Shown: positions 1 to 9,050 of the stretch, one piece after another
How positions within the stretch are numbered: the stretch's first letter is position 1
Layout of the letters: each line of letters opens with the position of its first letter
Virus record (IMG/VR): IMGVR_UViG_3300022181_000118
Coordinates: 1-42,992 of that record
Length of the DNA stretch: 42,992 bases
Source of the DNA: a virus
Taxonomy: Duplodnaviria > Caudoviricetes
Strand: one strand, 5' to 3'
Program-made: the position numbers and the translations under genes
Notes under the pieces: model-generated
The model's input: the letters and a program-made list of their open reading frames with translations, nothing else
Told to the model about the DNA's origin: nothing
The model's database searches: none

Positions 1-66
1 CTAGTCTTTAAATGAGTTTTTACCTACATTAAAATTGGCTATCATCTCAAGTGGCTTTCTATAGGG

Positions 67-141
67 TGTTTTCCAAAAGTACATGGAAAATATGTACATT
101 TACACATAAATGTTTTCCAAATGTTTTACATGTTTTCCAAA
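67..141. repeat. TGTTTTCCAAA direct repeats, likely integrase arm-type sites of attL
   Basis: TGTTTTCCAAA at 67-77, 111-121 and 131-141; partial TGTTTTACA at 122-130; inverted TGGAAAATA at 84-92; all directly upstream of the integrase. Confidence 0.6.
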
Positions 142-158
142 AATAATAGGATTGAAAT

Positions 159-1364
159 ATGATTACTCTTAAAATGGTAATTCGCCCGGATCGCCAAAAG
201 AAGGATGGAACCTGGCCAGTAAATTTAAGAATTTCTTATCAAAGAAAGACTACATATATTTCAACTCCATATTATGTGGTAAAGTCTCAAATAAATAAGG
301 CGTTTGAGATTAAAGATAAATTCCTCCAGATGCAGGTTGATGAGGATTTGAATAAAGCTCGAAGAGAAGTCGCTCATTCTTTCGAAAAGCTTGCTGATAT
401 GAATACTATTCATGTAGGAGAGTACTTATCGGATTTCCTATATTCAAAAAAGAAGGATAACATAAATTTCTTTGAGTTTGCCAAAACGCATATTGCTAGA
501 ATGGAGGAAAACAACCAAGCTTCCAGGGGAAATTACGGGATTTCAGTGAGGAAAATTCAAGCATACGTTGGGAGCGAAAACTTATCGTTCAATGACATCA
601 CATTTAATTTTCTTGGTAACTTCGACAATTGGCTTAAAAATAACGGAGTTGGAACAAGAGGAAGATCCCTTTACTTATCGAATTTGAGGGCTATATTTAA
701 CGCTGCAGTTAGAGAGTATAATGATGATGATAACGACATCATACGAATCACTAGAAATCCTTTTAAACGCTTTTCTTTACCTAAAGTGGAGGTACCGGAA
801 AAACGTGCATTATCTCTAGACCAGTTAAGAGCCTTTATTGCTTACCAACCTCAAAGAGAAACGGTGCAATTCGCTCAAGATGTTTTCATGCTTTCATTCT
901 ATTTAGTAGGAATGAATACAGTTGACCTTTACCAGGCATCAAAAATTTCCGATGACCGGATTACTTATAAAAGAGCAAAAACTAGAAGTGTTCGAGCTGA
1001 TGGTGCAGAGATCTCTATAAAAATTGAACCTGAAGCAGTACCATTAATTGAAAAGTATCGAGACAAACAAAATGAGAGAATTTTCAATTTTCATTATAGA
1101 TATGCTACTGCAGCTGGATTCAATTCTGCAGTCAATGAATATCTCAAGGAAATTGGAAAGGCAATAGGGGTTGATGAGCTGGATTTTTACGCAGCTAGGC
1201 ATACCTGGGCTACTTTGTTTGTTAATGATTGTGAAGGTTCTGAGTCAGAAGCTGCATTTTGCTTGAACCACGTTTCAGAACACAAGATCACCTCTGGGTA
1301 TATTAAAAAAGATTTCGCAAGAATTGATCGTGCAAACCGTAAAGTAATAGATATATTATATTAA
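159..1364 (+). CDS. int: Tyrosine recombinase/integrase (Arm-binding + SAM-like + catalytic domains)
   Basis: N-terminal KKDGTWPVNLRISY arm domain; SFYLVGMN..DL, YAARHTWAT, LNH and C-terminal GY motifs typical of Bacteroidota integrases. Confidence 0.92.
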   Translation: MITLKMVIRPDRQKKDGTWPVNLRISYQRKTTYISTPYYVVKSQINKAFEIKDKFLQMQVDEDLNKARREVAHSFEKLADMNTIHVGEYLSDFLYSKKKDNINFFEFAKTHIARMEENNQASRGNYGISVRKIQAYVGSENLSFNDITFNFLGNFDNWLKNNGVGTRGRSLYLSNLRAIFNAAVREYNDDDNDIIRITRNPFKRFSLPKVEVPEKRALSLDQLRAFIAYQPQRETVQFAQDVFMLSFYLVGMNTVDLYQASKISDDRITYKRAKTRSVRADGAEISIKIEPEAVPLIEKYRDKQNERIFNFHYRYATAAGFNSAVNEYLKEIGKAIGVDELDFYAARHTWATLFVNDCEGSESEAAFCLNHVSEHKITSGYIKKDFARIDRANRKVIDILY

Positions 1365-1466
1365 AATAATTCGTTATTTTATCATTCAAACTATAATCTT
1401 ATCACATTTTAAAAATAACGTATCGATAGAATGTTTAACAATAATTTTTTTACCAAATTTTAATTG

Positions 1467-1474
1467 TAATTTTG
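1467..1474 (+). promoter_or_regulatory. Bacteroidota -7 box (TAATTTTG) upstream of the RM gene
   Basis: Matches TAnnTTTG, ending about 21 nt before the ORF. Confidence 0.5.
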
Positions 1475-1495
1475 TAATGTGTTAATCTTAAAAAA

Positions 1496-4084
1496 TTGAA
1501 TAACAGAGATATGCAATATAGTACTTTATTTAAACTGAGTATCAACGAATTGTCAACAGAAGCCGAAGTTGAAACTCGGCTGTTGTCCAAAATTTTTAAT
1601 GATTTGGGTTATCCCTCAGCCTCTATTATACCGAAAAAGCATGTTGAGTCCCTGATTATTAGCGATGGAGTAAAAAAAACAAAGAAAACAGTTGATTTTA
1701 TTCTAATGGGGAGTAATAACCTGGCTAAGGTTATCGTTGAAGCAAAGGATCCAACAATAAATGTGCAGGATGCATGGGGTCAAGCTGCTAGTTATGCTTT
1801 AAGTTATAACAAGAATAAGGATAACAATAGCAAAATTCAATGGCTACTTATTAGTAATGGCCATATAACTTCACTATTTAAGCATGATAGTATAGTCCCT
1901 ATTGTAACTCTTCGGCTTTCAGATTTTGCTAGTGGCTCACCTCCTTATGTGAATTTACGTTCATATATTAAATTTAAGACTGCAGATGAATCATTATCTG
2001 GAGGCTTGGCATTTGAAGTAATTGCAGCTGATAAGCTAAATCTGCTTTTTGAAGAGTGCCATAATATGATTTGGAAAAAAGAGAAGTTGAATCCTACTGA
2101 TGCATTCTTTGAGTTCTGCAAATTTATTTTTATTAAAATTAGAGAAGATAAAAAAAGAGAGCGAATAATGTCTTCAGAACAAGTATACAAGTTACCTCTT
2201 ACTACTGAATGGCTAATTGCTCAGGATACTACATCAAAACACCCAGTGAGAGATATATTATTCAGACAACTACATCAAGATTTAGAAACAGCAATAAATA
2301 AGGATAAGAAGAAAAGAATATTTGATAAAGATGAGACATTAAAGCTTAGCGCCTCAACATGCAAAGAGCTTATCAAGAGATTTCAAACGATAAATTTGAG
2401 TTCGATTGATGAAGATTTAAATGGAAGAATGTTTGAGGTTTTTCTGAATGCGGCAGTTAGAGGCAGAGGCCTCGGTCAATACTTCACCCCGAGACCTGTG
2501 GTGGACTTTATGACTAGAATTGCTCTTTTAAGACCAGATTTTAATGTTACTAATCCTCCTAGAACAATTGATGCATGTTCAGGAACCGCCGGATTTTTAA
2601 TTGAAATAATGGCATATCTACTTTCAGGTTTGAGAGACGATTCAAGATTTAATGATAAGGAAAAGCAGCAAATTAAAGAACTAATTTGTAATGAAAGGTT
2701 ATTTGGTATAGAAGCTAATGAAAGAGTAGCCAGGATTGCAAGAATTAATATGTTTTTACATGGAGATGGAGGAAGTCATATATTTTTCGGAGATGGTCTA
2801 GATAATGATCCTGTAACAGAAGATGACATGACGGATGAAAGAGCAGCTGAAGTAATTGATCACTCAATCAAGATTAAGGCAAATAGTTTTGATTTAGTAC
2901 TAAGCAATCCTCCTTTTAGTATGACATATAAAAGTTCTAATGATTCAGAAGAACGAATATTAAAACAGAGAGATTTATCGGTTAATGCCACATCAGTCAA
3001 GTCAAACATTTTATTTTTAGATAGATATCTAGAGTTATTAAAGCCTGGTGGAGAAATGCTAATAGTTCTTGACGATACAATTTTGAATGGCGCAACTTGT
3101 ATTGAAATTAGAAAATGGTTGCTTGCAAATTTTGTTTTAATTGGAGTTCACTCATTACCATTTAATGCCTTTTTTAAAGCAAAAGCAAATATTAAAACTT
3201 CAATTCTGCATCTTAGAAAAAAATCTGGGGATAATGATAACCAAGGGCATGTAATAATGTCAATAAGTAATAATATTGGGCACAATAATGCACTTGCAGA
3301 TACACCCGAGAAGAATAATTTGAATGATATTTTCTCTACCTATGTTGAATGGCAAAGAACAGGTGTTTTTTATCAAGTGTTAAAAGAAAATCAGGATCAA
3401 AATGAAAACTTAGAATGTCCTGAACAAATATGGATTGTACCTCCATCAACTATTAATTATAAAAGATTGGATGCTTATTATTATTCGATTGAACTTTCTC
3501 AAATTAGAACCCAGTTAATTCAGTTGAAAAATGAAAATCAAATTGACATTAAGCATGGCAAAGATTTTAAATTAGCAAATAAGCTTTCTAAACAAGATAA
3601 GATTGATCTAATAAATTCAAATGAAAGATTAAAATATATTGAAATTGGCGATGTGACAGATTATGGATTGATTTTAAAGTCTTTAAACGGAACATTTGAT
3701 CAACTACCTACAAGGGGGGAATATCGCGTTAAAAAAGGGGATATTTTAGTAGCATTGAATATTAGTTCGAGAGGCACAGTTGTTTTAGTTCCAGAAGAGT
3801 TTGAAGGCGCAATATGTACCAGTGGTTTCCTAGTGATTCGCCCAAGGAATGAAGATGAAGGATATTTGCTTTGGTATTCTTTAAGAAGTGAATATTGTCG
3901 AAAACAGATTTATTATTTATCCCAAACAGCTAGTCAGCCAGAACTAAAAAGAAATGCTTGGTTAGAGGAATTCATTATACCATTTCCGAATAATAAGGAT
4001 GAAACAATTAGAAACGCAAAAGACTTTCAAAATTCACTACACGCGTTATTAAACGCAGATGATTTCAGATTTAAAATTGTCTAG
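1496..4084 (+). CDS. Single-chain restriction-modification enzyme (Type IIG-like: PD-(D/E)xK nuclease + gamma-class N6-adenine MTase + target recognition domain); possible start at ATG 1511
   Basis: EAEVE..DLGY..DFIL..VEAK nuclease motif; GQYFTPR; DACSGTAGFL (SAM binding); NPPF catalytic motif; C-terminal HsdS-like region (KGDILV..ICTSGFLVIR..SQPEL). Confidence 0.85.
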   Translation: MNNRDMQYSTLFKLSINELSTEAEVETRLLSKIFNDLGYPSASIIPKKHVESLIISDGVKKTKKTVDFILMGSNNLAKVIVEAKDPTINVQDAWGQAASYALSYNKNKDNNSKIQWLLISNGHITSLFKHDSIVPIVTLRLSDFASGSPPYVNLRSYIKFKTADESLSGGLAFEVIAADKLNLLFEECHNMIWKKEKLNPTDAFFEFCKFIFIKIREDKKRERIMSSEQVYKLPLTTEWLIAQDTTSKHPVRDILFRQLHQDLETAINKDKKKRIFDKDETLKLSASTCKELIKRFQTINLSSIDEDLNGRMFEVFLNAAVRGRGLGQYFTPRPVVDFMTRIALLRPDFNVTNPPRTIDACSGTAGFLIEIMAYLLSGLRDDSRFNDKEKQQIKELICNERLFGIEANERVARIARINMFLHGDGGSHIFFGDGLDNDPVTEDDMTDERAAEVIDHSIKIKANSFDLVLSNPPFSMTYKSSNDSEERILKQRDLSVNATSVKSNILFLDRYLELLKPGGEMLIVLDDTILNGATCIEIRKWLLANFVLIGVHSLPFNAFFKAKANIKTSILHLRKKSGDNDNQGHVIMSISNNIGHNNALADTPEKNNLNDIFSTYVEWQRTGVFYQVLKENQDQNENLECPEQIWIVPPSTINYKRLDAYYYSIELSQIRTQLIQLKNENQIDIKHGKDFKLANKLSKQDKIDLINSNERLKYIEIGDVTDYGLILKSLNGTFDQLPTRGEYRVKKGDILVALNISSRGTVVLVPEEFEGAICTSGFLVIRPRNEDEGYLLWYSLRSEYCRKQIYYLSQTASQPELKRNAWLEEFIIPFPNNKDETIRNAKDFQNSLHALLNADDFRFKIV

Positions 4085-4094
4085 AAACATCAAT

Positions 4095-4331
4095 TTAACC
4101 TTTAGGTGGAAATGGATCACTACTTTTTGGAAAAGTTCTTTCTTCCTGAAAATTGCCATCTTTTTTATGGATTGTAACTGAAGATGCACCCTGTCTCTTG
4201 GCTAGATCAATTGTTTGCTTTACCACTACTTCTTTAGTCGGGCCGGTTACTGATGCTCTGACTGCTCCTTCAGCTTTACCTATCCAACCATTTTCTGTTT
4301 TTGTTACGTGATATTTTTTTCTGTCTGTCAT
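4095..4331 (-). CDS. DUF2188-like small protein
   Basis: YHV....GW....GA.RAS....TK...IH..DG..QEERT...DP.PP.G pattern. Confidence 0.75.
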   Translation of the reverse strand: MTDRKKYHVTKTENGWIGKAEGAVRASVTGPTKEVVVKQTIDLAKRQGASSVTIHKKDGNFQEERTFPKSSDPFPPKG

Positions 4332-4351
4332 GATTTTAAATATTAGTTTTA

Positions 4352-5101
4352 TTATATATCATTAATTATTAAATATTTGTCGAAATCATTTAAAATGCCA
4401 GAAGATTGAATAAATGAAGAAAAAATACCAACTGAATCTTTCCAAGTAATCCATCCGGAATTAAGATCCATTATGTCATGTTGATATTTAATCTTAATTT
4501 TTGCATTCTCAAGTTTTTCATTTGTAATGTTATTCATATTAATAATGTCAAGCTTTTCACTGTTATTCAGACTTATTTGAAGTTTAACATTGAGCTTATA
4601 CAGTTTAATAAAATCATTACGAATATTTTCAAATTGAGAAACAATTGTTCCCATTTTATTACAGATATCCTCATTAAGCAATTTCTTAGAAATCAATTCA
4701 GAATCCCTAAGTTGATTTAAGTGTTCAGTAAGTTGGCTGTTAAAAACTTCTAGACGATCTGATTTATAAACATCTGATATAATTTCTGTTTTAGTGCTAA
4801 CTAATGAATTTGCTTCGATAATGGATTGAAATACTTTGTACCTTTTATCAAACAATTGTGTCTTTAAATTGTGTTTTTGCAACTCATTTCCTCTTTCTCC
4901 AATTGAATAGGTGACCTCAATCAGTAATAGAGTGGTAATTATTGGTAGAATCAGTTGTAATGTATCTTTTGAAAAGTTAATTGGAATATTAAGTATATCA
5001 CACAATGAATCTCCCAACCTGATTGAAAAATATGCAGCACTAACTATAAATGTATATTTAAGAAATTTCAATAATAGTCTATTATTCATTTTAAGTAGCA
5101 T
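4352..5101 (-). CDS. Hypothetical membrane protein (two N-terminal TM helices, helical C-terminus)
   Basis: 249-aa AT-rich ORF with two hydrophobic N-terminal segments; packed directly after the nuclease gene. Confidence 0.65.
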   Translation of the reverse strand: MLLKMNNRLLLKFLKYTFIVSAAYFSIRLGDSLCDILNIPINFSKDTLQLILPIITTLLLIEVTYSIGERGNELQKHNLKTQLFDKRYKVFQSIIEANSLVSTKTEIISDVYKSDRLEVFNSQLTEHLNQLRDSELISKKLLNEDICNKMGTIVSQFENIRNDFIKLYKLNVKLQISLNNSEKLDIINMNNITNEKLENAKIKIKYQHDIMDLNSGWITWKDSVGIFSSFIQSSGILNDFDKYLIINDI

Positions 5102-5104
5102 TTT

Positions 5105-5563
5105 TCATTTCTTAATTCTTCTAAAAATCCATGGAGCAATAGGTTCTGGATCTACCCATAAACCAAGTTTGCTGTTTTTAGCCTGGAGTTCCATTTCTGA
5201 TAGTCGGGGCTCTTTATTGTATTGTTTGTAATGCCATGCATATCCTGCCTTCAGGAGCTCATAGTTGAGTGTGTCCTGGCCAATAACGATTAATCCAAGA
5301 GATCTGCCATATCTGTCTTTACCATGGGAAATGAGGATAGCTTGTTTTCCAAAACAAAAATCGGAAGTGAATTGCTTTGCTCGCTGGCCGAATGCTTGAT
5401 GAGACTCCGGACAGTCTATCCCATCCAGGCGAACTTTTATTTGGGTCTTATCCTCTGTTAAGAGTATGACTGTATCTCCATCAGAAACACCCACAATTTT
5501 TCCGGTAATTATATCATTAACCGGGCTTATCAGTAGAAATAAAAAGAATAATAAGCTTTTCAT
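5105..5563 (-). CDS. Exported thermonuclease (staphylococcal nuclease family)
   Basis: Signal peptide; VSDGDT, VRLDGIDCPE, DRYGR, GYAW, A...KLGLW motifs. Confidence 0.92.
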   Translation of the reverse strand: MKSLLFFLFLLISPVNDIITGKIVGVSDGDTVILLTEDKTQIKVRLDGIDCPESHQAFGQRAKQFTSDFCFGKQAILISHGKDRYGRSLGLIVIGQDTLNYELLKAGYAWHYKQYNKEPRLSEMELQAKNSKLGLWVDPEPIAPWIFRRIKK

Positions 5564-5988
5564 TTTTTCTTTACATATACCTTCTTGCCACTTGAATTGA
5601 TATAGTACTTGCCTCCTCTTGGCCCAGTGTGAATAGTCCGTCCGGTTGATGTTGTAGAACTTGATGAAGTGCTTTTTGTTACAGAAGTGCTTGATGTAGG
5701 CTCGTAAGTTTTTTTATGTTGCCAACAGTAATCACTTCCAGGCTCAGCGTTTCTTGAGCACTGAGTGCCGGCATTAGTGATTGCAATACATCGTTTTGTT
5801 TCAGAAGCACTAGGAGTTGCCGTAGTGTTTTTATACTTTGGAAGTGAGTCAAACTGTATTGCAATAATTCTTTCAAGAGTTTCTACTCTTAATCTTAGGT
5901 CTTGAATTTCTTTTGTCAAACTTTGTATGTCTTGTCCAAAGACCCAGTTTGACATTACCATTAAAAGAATCGTTAAAATTTTTTTCAT
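5560..5988 (-). CDS. Exported protein with coiled coil, C-C-C-H finger (DUF5763-like) and basic TGPRGGKYYIN tail
   Basis: Signal peptide; CIAITNAGTQCSRNA..YCWQH; Ser/Thr linker; C-terminal IHTGPRGGKYYINSSGKKVY; 4-nt overlap with the nuclease gene. Confidence 0.75.
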   Translation of the reverse strand: MKKILTILLMVMSNWVFGQDIQSLTKEIQDLRLRVETLERIIAIQFDSLPKYKNTTATPSASETKRCIAITNAGTQCSRNAEPGSDYCWQHKKTYEPTSSTSVTKSTSSSSTTSTGRTIHTGPRGGKYYINSSGKKVYVKKK

Positions 5989-6002
5989 AGTTAAGCTTTG
6001 AA

Positions 6003-6236
6003 TTATAAAACGACAATGATAATTAGCAGGTTAATCATAAAAATAAAGGTTAATACAACAAGGCATCCACTATTCTCAGGGGTGTAGTTTGTTTTTTTTG
6101 AAGTAGTTTTTCTTGACCTCCTTTTCGGTTTGCCAAGAGCTGCAGTTAGGCCTGCTTTTACAAAACTATCAAATATCTTTGCCCCTCCTTTGTATCCAGA
6201 CATCCCTTTGTAACCTCTTTGATTTCCTCTAGGCAT
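6003..6236 (-). CDS. Small basic protein with C-terminal TM anchor
   Basis: 77 aa, K/R-rich, ends GCLVVLTFIFMINLLIIIVVL; tightly packed in the operon. Confidence 0.6.
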   Translation of the reverse strand: MPRGNQRGYKGMSGYKGGAKIFDSFVKAGLTAALGKPKRRSRKTTSKKTNYTPENSGCLVVLTFIFMINLLIIIVVL

Positions 6237-6250
6237 ATTTTTGTTGAATA

Positions 6251-6679
6251 TTAATTATACAAAGCATCCTTAGGTACACTCCTCTTTGTCTTGAACATGG
6301 CTTTTACCTCTTCTAGCTCTTCAGGAGAAAGGTATTTTATATCAAGCTTCAGAAGCCAGTGGTAAACATTTTGGTTTTGAACAGTTACAACATATGCCTG
6401 GACAAATTCCCATCCCTGGCCTCCCATCCAGTTCATAGCATCAACCATTGAGTTGAAAACTATTACTTTCCCTGTTTCATCTCTAAGCCTGGTATCTTCC
6501 CCAAACCTGGTGTTTTGGCCAAAGTCAACATTGACGGTAACCTTGTTGCTTAGGAATTTTTGAGTACCGAGGATCTCACAATATATGTAAGCCTCTCCGT
6601 TTTTACTGGGTTGATTTTCTTGAGAGAATAATAATTGTGAAGAGAGTGCAATAAGTGCTAGTAAAATGAATTTTTTCAT
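6251..6679 (-). CDS. Exported hypothetical protein (DUF4177-like N..G.QGWE.V motif)
   Basis: Signal peptide MKKFILLALIA; FNSMVDAMNWMGGQGWEFVQAY. Confidence 0.7.
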   Translation of the reverse strand: MKKFILLALIALSSQLLFSQENQPSKNGEAYIYCEILGTQKFLSNKVTVNVDFGQNTRFGEDTRLRDETGKVIVFNSMVDAMNWMGGQGWEFVQAYVVTVQNQNVYHWLLKLDIKYLSPEELEEVKAMFKTKRSVPKDALYN

Positions 6680-6708
6680 AGGGTATAGTTTTTGGGTAAT
6701 GCTTATTT

Positions 6709-7779
6709 TTAAATTAATAGCTTGCTCAATTCAACTTCATCAATCAGGACTATATCATATCCCTCTGCCTGAAGTACTGCCACTTTATTTAGTTTTGCCG
6801 GGCCGAAACCTTCTCCGTAAATAACAATATTGGTTTTCTTAGAAATTGAAGTACAGACATCGGCTCCCATCTCTTTGAGTTTTAGTGCAAGATCTTCTCT
6901 AATAGGGAATGTTTCAAATACTCCTGTAATTACAACCTTTTTATTATAGAAGTAGTTGTCTGGGTTGGAAACTGAGCTGAGGTCTTGCTTAAGAGCTTCT
7001 GAGGATATAGTCCTTGAGGCTGGTTTGAAATATGCAGAATTCTTCTCTTTTCTGGCTTGACTATTTTCTTTAACCTTTAGGCTTTTTAGGGAGTTAATGA
7101 CTTTGAGATGATGGATAAAAATTCTAGCACAAGCCCTGGCATCTTCAAGAGCATCATGGTGGTTTCTAAGTTCAATATTGTATAAGGCACAAGTGTCAGG
7201 AAGAGTGAGATTGTTGTGAATTTGGCAAGTGCAAAAAGTGGTTAGCTCTGGTAAGGAAAGATTGTAGTAGGTGCAATTTGTTTTAAGAACATCAATGTCA
7301 AATGCGGCATTATGAGCCACAACAGGAGTGTCATTAAAGTAATGCTTTATCTCAGGCCATAGGTCTCTAAATGTTGGACTATTTTTAGTTATTGAAGGAT
7401 TTATGCCATGTACATTCAAGCATCCTGAATCATAATAGTTATTTGGAGGTTGTATCAAATAAATCATTTCCTCAACAATCTGGAGGTTCTCAACTTTTAC
7501 TATGCCCAGCTGGCATGCCATTCTTTTGTATGTGGCTGTTTCAAAGTCTATAGCAATAAAACTAGTTATGCTTAATGGATTAATGTCAGAATTTAGTGAT
7601 TTTGTTGTTTTTATCTCTTTTCTGAGCTCCTTAATTTCAATAGATTGTCTTTGAATTTTATCCTTAAATAGGATTGCAAGTTTTTGAAGATCATGGAGAG
7701 GGATAGCATTTATATTTTCATCACTTACTGTTCTGGATATTTCGTATATCCTAAGATCGGCTTCAAAATTATCATCCAT
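6709..7779 (-). CDS. DEDDh 3'-5' exonuclease (DnaQ/epsilon-like) with C-terminal BRCT domain
   Basis: FIAIDFETA, VAHNAAFD, HHDALEDA; BRCT KKVVITG..GA....SISKKTNIVI.G..GPAKL. Confidence 0.88.
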   Translation of the reverse strand: MDDNFEADLRIYEISRTVSDENINAIPLHDLQKLAILFKDKIQRQSIEIKELRKEIKTTKSLNSDINPLSITSFIAIDFETATYKRMACQLGIVKVENLQIVEEMIYLIQPPNNYYDSGCLNVHGINPSITKNSPTFRDLWPEIKHYFNDTPVVAHNAAFDIDVLKTNCTYYNLSLPELTTFCTCQIHNNLTLPDTCALYNIELRNHHDALEDARACARIFIHHLKVINSLKSLKVKENSQARKEKNSAYFKPASRTISSEALKQDLSSVSNPDNYFYNKKVVITGVFETFPIREDLALKLKEMGADVCTSISKKTNIVIYGEGFGPAKLNKVAVLQAEGYDIVLIDEVELSKLLI

Positions 7780-7969
7780 ATAGTTTGATAACTATGTTAG
7801 TTAAATATTAATATGTTTTTTAAACTGTAAGAACTGATTTAAGCCAAGTAAAAAGCAATACCGACCTGATCCTAAATCACAGGAGCTATGTGGAGCAAAA
7901 ATTTGGGGCTAATAGGAAATGTTCAATTGCCTTTTAGGCAGGAGCAAATGGCTGTTAAAGCCAGTGGGA

Positions 7970-8668
7970 CTATAATTGGTTTCTACGTATTCTGCCTTTA
8001 ACGATATACATAGAGAGGATATCTTCCTTGTTTATCCTGGTGTCACCGGCAAATTCTGGGTTTGCTGCACGTAGGATAACCTTGGACTCATCACTACAGT
8101 AATGTACATCTTTTATGGTGCGTAAGTTATTTGCATTATCGTTTGTAATTACAAGGTAGGTTTCACCCCATAGAAGGGTGTCCAGATTCCGGATCTGCTT
8201 AACTGCTACAATCTCTCCGGCTGGGTATTTTGGATGCATACTGTCTCCCACTACCGGGAGGTAAGCATCACAATCATTAAAGTGTTTGTAATTGATCATG
8301 AATGTTGCCTCTTCCTTATAATCATGGAAAGAGGTGATGACAGATGCTGTCACATCAAGATCTTCATAGTAAGGGACACCTGAAGTCCTGTATTCTGGTC
8401 GAGATTCATCACGAAGCTGAGCTTGTTCGCTAATTTTCTTTATGAGTTCTCCTTCACCTGTTAAGATCCAGTCAGAATTTATGTCAGGATGTAAAGAAGA
8501 AAGAGATTCTATAAACTTTTTTGGAATTGGAACATGCCCATTTAATATCTGGGAGAAGGCAGATTTATTCTTATAGCCCATTAAAGTAGCAATGGCTCCT
8601 TGATTTGCAGCAACGCCAGAGCTTACAAGCCATTGAATTACAATTTTAATGCGGTCTAAATCAGACAT
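7970..8668 (-). CDS. cI: CI-like repressor (HTH + S24 autopeptidase)
   Basis: N-terminal HTH (QGAIATLMGY..SAFSQILNG); VVGDSMHP catalytic Ser and RTIK Lys; divergent from the cro-like gene. Confidence 0.9.
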   Translation of the reverse strand: MSDLDRIKIVIQWLVSSGVAANQGAIATLMGYKNKSAFSQILNGHVPIPKKFIESLSSLHPDINSDWILTGEGELIKKISEQAQLRDESRPEYRTSGVPYYEDLDVTASVITSFHDYKEEATFMINYKHFNDCDAYLPVVGDSMHPKYPAGEIVAVKQIRNLDTLLWGETYLVITNDNANNLRTIKDVHYCSDESKVILRAANPEFAGDTRINKEDILSMYIVKGRIRRNQL

Positions 8669-8690
8669 TTAAGAGTATATTAAATTATAA

Positions 8691-8764
8691 AATATAAAAT
8701 AGTTTATATTTTATTTGTAGTTAATATAAATAAGTTTATATTTGTACTGCGATAAGTTTATATT
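8691..8764. promoter_or_regulatory. CI/Cro operators AATATAAA-N4-TTTATATT overlapping the rightward lytic promoter
   Basis: Inverted-repeat sites at 8691-8710 and 8723-8742, half site at 8753-8764; TTTG (8714-8717), 19-nt spacer, TATATTTG (8737-8744) is a canonical Bacteroidota -33/-7 promoter. Confidence 0.8.
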
Positions 8765-8833
8765 GCATCGCAAAACAAAAGTAACGCATAAAGCTATAAA
8801 AAAAATAGCACAAAAATGCTAAAACGCCACATT

Positions 8834-9049
8834 ATGAGTGAATTTTCTTTTCAAAGGGGCTGGGGACAGGTTACTGTAGGCCAGGCAAAAGAGGTAAAAG
8901 CAGAGATTATGAAAAAACTCGGCATCACTACCAACAGCAACTGGTTGCAACGCCTGAAAGGAAGAGTAGAGCCCAAGGTTTCGGAGGCCAAGGCTATTGA
9001 AACTGTCTTCAAAAAATATGGTATAACCAATATCTGGGGAGAAAAGTAA
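8834..9049 (+). CDS. Cro-like HTH protein
   Basis: First gene divergent from cI; LGITTNSNWLQRLKG..EP HTH; ATG 8834 preferred over 8816. Confidence 0.75.
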   Translation: MSEFSFQRGWGQVTVGQAKEVKAEIMKKLGITTNSNWLQRLKGRVEPKVSEAKAIETVFKKYGITNIWGEK

Positions 9050-9050
9050 G

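Noticed and set aside
1-60. att core shared with the right end (AGTCTTT near both termini)
   Set aside because: Only 7 bp in AT-rich DNA, expected by chance; attR may lie outside the window
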